NCBI RefSeq assembly: GCF_006345805.1
Contig: NC_043003.1
Coordinates: 89,094,001 to 89,158,000, forward strand
Length of the DNA: 64,000 bases
Direction: 5' to 3'
From: Octopus sinensis
Taxonomy: Eukaryota
Shown in pieces: positions 53,460 to 64,000 of the stretch. Below the pieces are notes generated by a model that ran no database searches, was not told the origin of the DNA, and saw only the letters and a list, made by a program, of their open reading frames with translations. A program made the position numbers and the translations under genes. Position 1 is the first letter of the stretch, and every line of letters begins with the position of its first letter.

Positions 53460-55430
53460 AACAGGAAAAAGCGCAATAGATCAGCCAACGATCTCAAGCA
53501 GGTGACAAAAAAGGCAGTGCTTGAATTTGAACAACGCATAGCAACCAACTCTGACAGCAAAGTGTTCTGGAAGTATGTACACTCAAAGCAGAGACCTCAC
53601 TCTCCAGTTGGTCCCCTTCGCAATTCCCACACAGGCTAGATTACTGACAATCCCAAAGAATGAGCAGAAATCATTGCTGGATGCTATGCAGGCATCTTTA
53701 CTGTCAAAGACCAAAATGTTCCATCTTCATCACCTCTGACACCAGACTCTATATCTACTATAAAATTTATATCAGCAATGCTACAACGCCACCTTAAAAA
53801 TAAATGCAACTATGCTTCTCCTGGTCTCGATGGTGTTACATACCTACTTCTCAAACGTGGTGGGTACTTTCTTCTAAGCCAACTTTCTCTATTCTTCCAA
53901 TTCTGTCTTGACAATGGTGTTACTCCAGAGCAGTGGAAAACTGCCAGTATTATCCCTCTGTTCAAAAAAGGTGACCGCACATCGCCTGTCAACTATCGCC
54001 CCATTAGTCTTACTAGCTGCATCGCCAAACTGATGGAATCCTGTGTCAGGGAAACTCTCTCGAACTTCTGGAAGTCTCACAGCCTCATCCAGCCGTCACA
54101 ATTTGGATTTATTCCTAACTCCAGCTGCTGTAATCAACTCATCGAGTTTCTTGAGGACGTTACCCAAATCACTGATCGCGGATCCTGGGTGGATGTTGTA
54201 TACCTGGACTTTGCTAAGGCTTTTAACTCTGTGCCACACAAAAGACTTATGGTGAAACTCTCTGTGTTGGGTGTAAGAGACGATCTCTATAACTGGTTGA
54301 AGTCCTTTATTTTCGGCCGAAAAGAGGTTGTTACAGTTCTAGGACAGCACTCCTCACCCTATGAGATGACGTCTGGTGTACCACAGAGATCTGTTCTTGG
54401 CCCCCTTTTATTTGTTGCATATGTTAATGACATAGATGCCAACTTAAAGAATGATACATTGCTGAAATATGCAGATGACATCAAGCTGTACCTCGAAATA
54501 AAGAGGTCAGATCCTGTACACTATAGATCTCTATTGCAATCAGACCTGGACACTATGCAGCAGTGGATCATGGACTGGCAACTCAAGCTGGCTGTGGACA
54601 AATGTACCACCATGCATTCTGGGAGGAAAAACCCAGCATCTACTTACTCCCTCCACAACACTATTCTCAAAAAGTCTTCGTGTGAACATGACCTGGGTGT
54701 TATTGTTGACAGCGATTTGTGTTGGACAAAACACATCGCTAAAATTGCCAAGAAGGCTGAGGGTGTCTTGGCATCACTCACCAAGTCCTTTGTGAGCCGC
54801 TCTCCAGCTATCTATTTGCAGCTTTATATAGCTATGGTAAGACCTCACCTGGAATTTGCATCACCGGTCTGGAACCCCTATCTTGCCCAGGATATTAATC
54901 GTCTGGAAGCCGTTCAGCAACGTGCAACCAAAAGAATACCTTCCATCAGGCATTTGCCATATTCTGAACGCCTTACTTCCCTGGGCATGGACACATTGAA
55001 ACTCCGACGTCTGGCAGCTGACTTGGCAGACACCCATAAAATTATTAACCATCTTACCAACAATAACTCTGAGCACCTTTTCAAGCTCCAGCTGTTTAAC
55101 ACCCGTGGACATATTTACAAAGTCAGAAAACAGCACAGCTCACATGACTTTCAGAAACATTTTTTCACGCTGAGAGTTGCTGAAGCATGGAACAAACTAC
55201 AGGCATCAGTTGTTAGTTGTTAGAGCACTGCATCCTTCAAAACTTCCATGCTTCCCGAGATTCGCCAACACTACACCTGATTTTCTTCCCTCCATACACA
55301 CGCAAGCATGTATCTAACTCATATACTGTTCGCTTTCCAGACATTTGTATATTACTGCATATACTTTGTATGCACTTTTTGACAAGTTGTGGTGCACCTG
55401 AGCACTGTATACAATAATTTCATTATTTAT
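53460..55430 (+). mobile_element. CR1/L2-group LINE of a third family, 5'-truncated, with a 481-aa RT ORF (53778-55223)
   Basis: NYRPISLTS, QFGF, YLDFAKAF, GVPQ.SVLGP, YADD, LEFASPVWNP, FFTLRV..AWNKL. Confidence 0.93.
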
Positions 55431-56223
55431 ATATATATAGATGCAAATGGAATGTGTATGTAAACAAATACGTAAACCGATCCATAATTGAAAAGAATTT
55501 ATTTACAGTGTTTGATTCGTTATAGGTACACTACATACAAAATGTAGGCAACTGCTACGAGTTGCTAGAAATACAGAGTACATTCGTGGAAGTCATATTA
55601 GGAATGAATATGTTTGTGTGTGTGCATGTGTGCATTGATCATTTGAAACAGTAGTCGATCGTAGCATTTCGAAACATTTCTCTCGGTCTCTGCTAAAACC
55701 TTCTGTAGGTGGACTATCTCGTCTGTCTGCCCTGTTTGTCTGCCTGCCTCTCTTGTTTCACCACGGTTTTATAATATTTGTGGCAGCTAGAAAGACAGAC
55801 ATACTGCAGCAGAGTTTATACCTAAATAGGTCAGCGCCTGTCCAGTTGAACTTCGTCTGACATGATGAGGTCGCAGGTCAAAGGGAGATGATCAATCAAT
55901 TTTTGACCGGACAAAGAAAACCTTTTTTTGCACCTGTTGATTGTCGTGGTTTGGACGACCGAGAATTCTTGGATTTGGTTTCGAATCTAGGCTTGGAGAG
56001 GAAGTGTTAATTCTCACACTTTGATGTAGTCTTTCACTTCCACATTTCATGATCTTAGCACAGATAGCATTTTAAACAGAACATTTCCTTGATTCTTTGC
56101 CAGGAATTGAAACTTTAGTCTACATCTTTCTGTGAACTCCTTTTCATTGTTCTTGGCATTAACACTTAGAAATTTATAAGAGTTAACTATATACTTAGAT
56201 AAGTCCTATTATTTTATTTAACA

Positions 56224-57053
56224 CTAGCAGTAACACCCGTCATTGATTGGGTAATTACTTTTACTGTTTCTCGGGCCAAGAAGCTAGAAAAATAGGTATA
56301 TCATATAGAAGAACAGCTTTACAGAATCCAGTAGACTGCGATGGCACTTAAAAGGCTGCAGGTCAAGTGGAACATCCATTTGTCACCGTTCCTTTTGATG
56401 TTTGAATGGGCTGTATACAAAGGAGAATTGAAAGATTCAGTTTGAACATGAATGAAGCTAGAAGTGTAGCTATATCATATAGAAGAATAACTTTACAAAA
56501 TGCAGGTGACAGTGTGATGGCACTGAGAAGCCACAGGGGAAGTGGAAGACTCATTTGTCATGGTTTCTTTTGACATTTGAAGAGGCCCAAGGAGAACTGA
56601 AAGATTCAGTTTCAAATCTGAACCCGGATGAGATGAGTACATATTTAGGTTTACTCATCTTGTATGTGTGTATTATATAATATTATATATTTGAAGTAGA
56701 AAAAAGATGAATTTCATATGCAGACTTCTGTTTGTTCTTCAAATTTCAATCCAGCAACTTTTAGTGTTTGGCCCTGAGTTCTGTTAATGCTCATGGCAAA
56801 AGAAATTAGGATAGGAAACTGTAACATCTTAAATTGGAATGGGACGTTAGATGGTATAACTGGTATGCAAGGAATGAAGACGGTCTCACTTTTACCACAA
56901 CCAGTGAGAATATTTGCCTCAATGGAGTTCCTCATAGGTTTGTGCACAATTAGTATTGTACCATTGCATAATTTTGGACAAACAAACGAACAAACACAGA
57001 AACAAACAAAATCTCTCTGTTTTATAATAATAATAATAATAATAATAGACAGA
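56224..57053 (-). mobile_element. Non-autonomous Helitron carrying a RepHel helicase C-terminal fragment and a 2 x ~168-bp tandem repeat
   Basis: 5' A|TC at 57053. 3' hairpin ACCC...GGGT then CTAG|T at 56224. ORF 56714-56947 reads FIP.IP.IPSNVPFQFK.LQFP...FAMSIN..QGQTL. Confidence 0.85.
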
Positions 57054-57817
57054 TATTAAAAATTAAGCTATACTTGTGCTGTGGTTGAAGCTTTTTAAAG
57101 TGAGGAAAGGACTTGCATAGGGCTAATCCCACACTCTAAACAATATGTGTTTGTCCAAAAAGAAAAACAAGTTTACATCATTGGAATCAGTTATTACCAG
57201 CCTTGGTATGCGATAGTGATATTCAAAATTAAGCTACGCCTGTTCTGTGGTCTAAGCTTTTTAAAGAATCCTACTCTCTAAACAATGTATGAATTTGTCC
57301 AAAAACAAAAACTAGTTTACATCACTGGATGCAAACAAAGATACAGGTGTTACATGGGAGTTTTCCTTCTGGAAAGCTGTCTAAATAAAAACTTGGGGTT
57401 TCTCACTCCTGGCTGTTGGATGGTTGCTGACATATTGCGTTCATCTGTCCTTTGGCAAGTTTTGTTATCTGTCCTGCAGGGTGTCCAACAAAAACCACCT
57501 GCCTTACCAAGCAGGCCTGGTAGGGTTACTGGTTTAGTTGCCACCAGCCAAACCTTGTGACAGGTTGTACTGAGTTACATGTTACCAGTAGCACTAATAG
57601 TGACTCACATATACATGTGAATCAGTAACAACTGTGTGCTTCATGACTTTGTTTACAAATAGGTGTTTCCATATTCAATTTTTCTTGACATACACACATT
57701 CATACATATATGTACACACACACGCCCCACCCACCCAACATACTGAGCTTTAGTTGATTTGGAAAAGCATTTGACAGAATACCACATTCAGTAATCTGGT
57801 GGGCCGTGAGGAAACTA

Positions 57818-58707
57818 CAGGGTCTTGTAAATAAATTTAGACAATTTTTACGATGCATAAATACTAAAATAATGGTAGTAGACAGATATAATTTTAAGGT
57901 AACATTTATTACAACAAAAACATTTGTCACTCAATATGGCTGCCCTTTTGCACAATTAATGCCTCCAAATGAGAGCAAACATTTTTTGCAGCTGCTGCAA
58001 CCTCTGCCTTTTTGATTTTTCATACCATATGCATGATGCAGATCTTCTAACTGTTGACACTCAAGTGTGGTGAAGCATTGATCCTTGCTTGAAGTATGCC
58101 CCATAAAATGTAATTGAGAAGGTTGAGATCTGGGCTATTACTGGGCCAGATGTTGGCCCTCACAAAAAACGGTACCTCCTCACCAAGGAAGGCCTGTGTT
58201 GCTTTTGAGCCATGGCATGGTGCAGAATCCTGAATAAGCACCACATTGTCAAACCCAAACTTCTGCTCCATCCAAGGTAACAGAGGATGTTCAGATAATC
58301 CTTTGTACTGATCTTCAAGCCAGACTCAATGAAGTGTGTATCCATGACACTTCCATCACTCACTATGGCTCCAAATATCATCACAGAGGCAGGATTCTTA
58401 GTCTCAAGCATAGTGGGGATGTCAGGAATGTTGTATGCAATCACTCGAGAATTTCTGTGATTCACCTCAGCCTCCACAGTGAACTTCTTCTCATCCACAA
58501 ACACGAGAGTTTTTCCAGCACCTTGATGCTTGATGAATGACAGAAACTTTGGGCATCTCTCAGCTCTGATTGCTTTAGTCTTGGCTGTTAGGAGATGATG
58601 GCATTGTCAAACAGGGCCAGTCATGCCAAAGTTCCTGTTCACAGCTCTCGAAACTGTGGAAAGGAACACATTGCATTTCTTTGCAAGAGTTGTCATGGGT
58701 GTGGATG
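57818..58707 (-). mobile_element. maT/mori-type (DD37D) transposon, 3' part
   Basis: FVDEKKF, and QD.APCH followed 37 residues later by the WPSNSPDLNLL(N)Y position. TA-CAGGGT TIR-like end at 57816-57823. Confidence 0.8.
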
Positions 58708-59449
58708 GGTTGCTCACACCTTTCCAGAAGCAAGAACGAGTCGAGTGCTCGAAGATGAATTTGGAGATGTGCCAAGAAGATGAGTCAAAATTTTTCAAAA
58801 GTCTGATTACACAGGATGAAACCTGGGTCCATCACTATGATCCAGAGACCAAAGCCCAGTCAATGCAGTGGAAGCACCGTGACTCACCTCCTCCAAAGAA
58901 GGCAAGGGTGCAGGCCTCCGCTGGTAAGGTCATGCTCACAGTCTTCTGGGACCAGGACGGAGTAGTGATGACAGGTTTCCTGGCAAAGGGTACCACAATT
59001 ACAGGAGCCTATTATGCTTCACTTTTGAGGAAATTAAGAGAAGCTATCAAAATCAACAAAGGCATCCTCCTGCTGCAGGACAACGCTCCGGTCCACAACT
59101 CGCGTGTCACCAGATCAGAAGCACAGGCATGCGGCTATGAACTCCTCCCCCATCCCCCTACTCTCCTGACCTTGCACCCTCTGATTTTCACCTCTTCCCA
59201 GCCATGAAGTTGTTTTTGAAAGGAAAGCGTTTCCCAGATGATGCAGCCTTGATTTCTGAAGTCACGTCGTGGTTGGGGGACCAAGCTGGGGTCTTCTACA
59301 AAAACGGTCTCCAGAGCTGCATCAAACGATGGGAGAAATGCGTAACTCTGGGTGGTTTTTATGTAGAAAAAGACTAATAACTGTGCCAAATTTCATTGCT
59401 CTACTGCTATGGGAAGTGGGTCAGAGGCATTACTTATTGAACGCCCCTC

Positions 59450-59450
<1 letters not shown>
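58708..59450 (+). mobile_element. 3' part of a second copy of the mariner at 18031-19285
   Basis: Colinear from RLLTPFQKQER to the right TIR ending CCCCTCG|TA at 59450. QDETW and QDNAPVH motifs. Confidence 0.92.
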
Positions 59451-59548
<98 letters not shown>

Positions 59549-59558
59549 TATATATATA

Positions 59559-59764
59559 CTTTATTTAAAGCAGCAGAAAATTCAACAAAAACCTGTTACT
59601 CTGACTTTCCCGTTGCCGTTCATCGGACAGTTTTTGCAATGGGAAACTCAGAGTAACAGGTTTTGTTGAATTTTCTGCTGCTTTAAATAAAGCATATTAC
59701 TCTACCACTGGTATTTGAGTACTCTTTTTTCCACCTTGTTTCATATTTATGTGTTTATCCGGTA

Positions 59765-59765
<1 letters not shown>
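59559..59765. mobile_element. Short foldback element with a degenerate hammerhead motif, set in (TA)n/(GATA)n
   Basis: Inverted arms 59559-59611 / 59641-59692. The minus strand reads CTGT-CCGATGA-ACGGCAACGG-GAAA-GTCAGAG-TA-ACAG. Confidence 0.6.
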
Positions 59766-59837
<72 letters not shown>

Positions 59838-59849
59838 TTTTGTATATAT

Positions 59850-60660
59850 ATCATCATCATTTGACATCCATTGTCCATGTTGGATGGTTTGACCAGAATT
59901 GGTAAACTGAGGAGCTGCACCAAACTCCAGTCTGATTTGGCATGGTTTCTATAGCTGAATGCCCTTCCAAACGTCAACCACTTCAAGAGTGTAATAGGTA
60001 CTTTTACATTCCACCATCACAGGTGCCAGTTTCATGACACCAGTATCTGCCACGACTACAATTTCACTTGGCTTGATGGGTCTTCTACTAAAACACAGCA
60101 TATTGCCAACAGTCTCTGTCATTTGTCATTGCCTCCATGAAGCCCAACACTTGGAAGGTGCTTTTTATATGCCACTTGCACAAGTGCTAGTTACACAACA
60201 CCAGCATTGACCATATTTCCTCTGTGAGAACCAATGCTTGAAAGGTGCTTTTTACATGCCAGTTACATGACACCAGCATCAGCCACAACTACGATTTCCC
60301 TTGGCTTGACAGGTCTTCTCAAGCAAGCATATCACCAAAGGTTTCAGTTACTAGTCATTGCCTCTGTGAGGCCCAACATTTGAAGATAATGCTTCACCAC
60401 CTGGTCCCATGTCTTCCTGGGTCTATCTCTACCACAGATTCCCTCCACAGTTAAAGATCGGCACTTCTTTATACAGCTGTCCTCGTCCATACATATCACA
60501 TGACCATACTGGCACAGTCATTGCTCTTGCACACCACATCTGATGCCTCTTATGCCCAACTTTTCTCTCAAGATGCTTACACTCTGTCATACATACACAC
60601 TGACATTGCACATCCAGCAAAGCATGCTAGATTAATTTCTTTCAAGCCTGCGCATGTCCT
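59850..60660 (-). mobile_element. Old, truncated PHD-family RTE copy
   Basis: 60330-60660 parallels the RTE C-terminus. The 3' module has decayed tandem units and a (GAT)n tail at about 59850. Confidence 0.7.
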
Positions 60661-60989
60661 CATCATCATTGTTTAACATCTCTTTTCCATGCTGGTATGA
60701 GTTGGACAGTTCAACAGGAGCTGGGTGGCCTGAGTGCCATCCAGGCTCCAATCCTCTATTGGTTTCTATAATGCCCTTCCTAATGCCAACCATTTTACGA
60801 AATAGTTGTACCATTCCTTGCTCTGGGTTTTTACTGATGGCATCATTACCAAAGGCCTGTTGAAACCTCTGGGGGATTTGAGCTTGAACACCACCAAGCT
60901 TTTAGCAAAACTTGATGCAATATCCCTGCCCGATGAGTTTGGAGAAAACAAAACTTCAACCAGTGCACACTACACATCTGTACTCTTGG

Positions 60990-61720
60990 CATAACAACAG
61001 GAACGAAAATGCACATTGCAAATAAAAAAAAGGCTATTTATGACAGGTAACGACAAATATATACATTTAGATTGACTGAGGTAGTAATAAGAGTCATAAA
61101 AGTCATTATTATGAGATGATTATAAGATAATAATAAAGTAAGAGAACAAAGCGAACCATGGTTTACGCAAAGCTATTCATCGCTTGAAAAACACCGGCTA
61201 ATACACGGTGTCAGGTCTAATAGTTCCTGAGAAAAAAGATTATTTGTAAGGGAGGTAAGTAGTTCTGGATTTAGAGATGTGAGTGGCGTAGGAAGTTTAT
61301 AGGGGTTAGTGGTGTTCTGTATTGAGTTGTGTGTCCATATTTAGTTGGGGAAGAAATTTATTGATGAAAAATGCCTCTTTATTCAACCTTTGTTGCATTG
61401 TGGTGTTCTGTGAACATTGGTAAAAGGGAAATATTTGGAAATTGGGATTAAAATTCCTGGCACACCTTTCTATTGTTCACTCACCTTTAACTGTCTGTAT
61501 TGTGGGTGACGGATTTGCTCTTTGTGAATGGTGATTCTTTGACGGAGCGAAATTCCTGCTTGTCCAATATAGAGTTTACCACATCCTATGCATGCCATGA
61601 CATAGATTACGTTTACTGAGGCGCAGGTGAAATTTGATTTGATCTTAAATATTTCTCCTTGTTTGAATTGGAATTCTGAACCCTCCAGAAGGTGGGGCAT
61701 ATTCCACAGTTAGAACACAA
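60990..61720 (-). mobile_element. Inverted 3' portion of a Penelope-like element (GIY-YIG endonuclease + terminal region)
   Basis: ORF 61470-61700: NFTCASVNVIYVMACIGCGKLYIGQ...LRQRITIH, a GIY-YIG domain with CxxC (Neptune-type). Confidence 0.88.
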
Positions 61721-64000
61721 ACCACAGACGGCTTAGGGGACGCAACTCGACCTTCTTTAACTCTCTTACTCCCCCAAATAACTATCAAACAACTATCGAT
61801 AATTCAACCCACAAGAGGAAATCTAGACTTAATCTTCAAGGTATCCCACATACATACCAAAGATGTCATCGAAACCTCCAGACTAACCTAAGTTTTGGTG
61901 AACCAATTCCTACCAGGAAGAACTTACCTCCGAGACTTTACCCCCAACACAGCCACTTCAAGCAGTCAATGAGACAAAACATGACTAGACAATATAACCT
62001 CTCCCTCCAACCATATCACAATATTAAAAATCAATTAAACCCAAACTACATTAGCCACAGACGATATAACAACCCTCAGTACATCCATAATCCAGTACAC
62101 TCCACAACCACTCCACCACAAACATACTACCATAGACACACTTTACACCCACCTTTTCCTCAGCAAACCAAACAAAATACAGACCTTCCACTACAATCCA
62201 CATGCTACAACCATTTTTTAGACGCAAACCAGAGAAACAGAGATGTGAAATGGAAACAAATAAACAAGTCCAACCGAAAATAATCAACCTGTCAAAAAAA
62301 ATCCTGACTTCTATACAAATCAAAATCCTAGCAAGAGGTTTAAAATTTACCCCTACCCCCTGCAGATCGAACCCAAATGAAATCAAGGACAATACTTTGT
62401 ACTTCTGCCGAAAATTGCGCCTCACAGAAGCTCTTTACAACTACACCAGTGAAGATGATTCAATAGTGAAAAACAAAAGTGAGTACCATCCTACAAAAGG
62501 TAAAAATAAAGCACTTGATGTTTTCTGTGATCACATAACTTGTTTTCCTTACAATACCATTCCAAAACAACATATCAAATCCAACCTTAATTTAAATGAA
62601 TGGAAAGACCTTGTCGAGCTAAAAAATGACATAAACCTCACTATTAAAGAAACCGACAAAGGAAGTGCGGTAGTATTGATGGATATAGAGTACTACAAAA
62701 ATTTAATACTGTCCATGTTGGAAAATAATACTTACTATGAGAAACTAACATATTACAACCCATAGAAAACACTGAAAGACTTATTCTCCTTACTCCAAAT
62801 TCATGGAAAGGTGTCTTACTACACATAAAATAGACTATTTATCCAATTTCAAATACAGTCCTAGTCTATTCTACGGATTACTCAAAATACATAAAAATCC
62901 ACACATTTGTGAAACCTGCAAAGTCTCTACAAGCCTATGCATTAATGTCCCTCCCCCTACTGACCTCAAACTGAGACCCATCATAGCTGGCCCTTCTTGT
63001 GAAACCCACCGTTTGAGCAACTTCCTCGACATATTACTCAAACCTTTTTTAAAATATGTGAAAAGCTTTATCAGGGATGACCTAGACATGCTGAACCACC
63101 TCCCGAAGACAGTAAAGGACAGAACACTACTGGTATCTTTCAATGTGGTAAATCTATACACCTATATTCCACACGACTATGGTATAGAAGCAATCACATT
63201 TTGGCTAGAAAAATACCCAGAAGAGATCTCAGGACGAATTAACCACTATTTTATAATTGAAGCACTGAAATTCGTCCTGCTGAACAATCATTTCTTGTTC
63301 GATACTACTTACTATCGACAAAAATGCGGAATTGCAATGGGAACCAGAGCTGCTCCAGTGATTGCAAACCTCGTAATGGGTTACCACGAACTCAAGTTAT
63401 ACCAATCATCACTAGAAAAATATGGCGCCTATTTTAATTGCTACTTAAAGGAGAACTGGAAGAGATATTTAGATGATTGCTTCATACTTTGGAAAGACAG
63501 CATTGATCAACTCCTTGATTTCAAAAAAATGCTCAACAACATACACAGCAATATACAATTCACTATGGAACACAACAGTAAGCAACTCCCTTTTCTAGAC
63601 ATCTTAATTAGAATAGTTAACAACCACATAGAAACAGACATCTTTTATAAACCCACAGATTCTAAACAATACCTATTATTTAACTCCTGCCACCCCAAAC
63701 ACATAAAAATCAACATACCCTTTAACCTAGCGAAAAGAATCTGCACCATAGTTTCCGATACATACACTCGAGAACATATACTCCTTGAACTTAGATCTAC
63801 ATTAACTAAAAGACATTACACAATCTCATTAGTAAATGAAGGCATCAAAAGAGCTAAGGAAATAGGTATACAAATGTTAAGGAAAACTAGCCGAAATACT
63901 AAACAAGACTTAAAAATACTCCCGTACATTTCCACACATAACCCTAGAAACAACGAAGCAGCCTTCAACATCATCACCCAAAATCTTCCCATCCTCACAG
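61720..64000 (+). mobile_element. Penelope-like element RT ORF, running off the window end
   Basis: IINLS...GLKFTPTP (62202-62765). Then an open frame from about 62940 to 64000 with LRPII, GIAMGTRAAP, RYLDD, PFLD, YKPTD and SCHP. Confidence 0.93.

Noticed and set aside
57052-57570. Old ~165-bp tandem duplication and an adjacent GC-richer segment resembling a LINE 5' UTR
   Set aside because: No coding remnant, termini or TSD were found to classify it.
60806-60994. Short open frames on both strands as a possible host exon
   Set aside because: There is no recognisable protein similarity and no convincing acceptor/donor pair.

Overview
Repeat-dense, AT-rich animal genomic DNA with one 100-N gap (14273-14372). 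It is not prokaryotic. The repeat families resemble those I recall from Octopus/coleoid cephalopods (inference). The left third lies inside a minus-strand host gene: three exons (22706-22778, 15939-16011, 6987-7193) splice in frame into a signal peptide plus a glycosylated lumenal domain that resembles cystinosin (CTNS), and the remaining exons lie left of the window. Most of the rest is mobile DNA or microsatellite. Retroelements: at least 7 copies of an RTE LINE family with a PHD finger inserted in its RT; a near full-length CR1-group LINE with a 5' monomer array, Myb/SANT-like and CCCH domains; two more CR1-group LINEs; a BovB-like RTE; a stack of R4/Dong-like RLE LINEs in (TAA)n; an L1/Tx1 fragment; a Gypsy remnant; Penelope-like elements (PLEs); and several tRNA-SINEs. 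DNA transposons: mariner DD34D (x3), maT DD37D, a hAT derivative, two Helitrons, and a 3.5-kb TGT...ACA/TATA Ginger-like element. The most notable signal is a set of unrelated foldback/PLE-type elements that each carry a minimal type I hammerhead-ribozyme motif. One of them couples the hammerhead to a tRNA-like Pol III promoter and is flanked by a 12-bp target-site duplication (TSD). All family and domain assignments come from visual motif recognition; no database searches were run.
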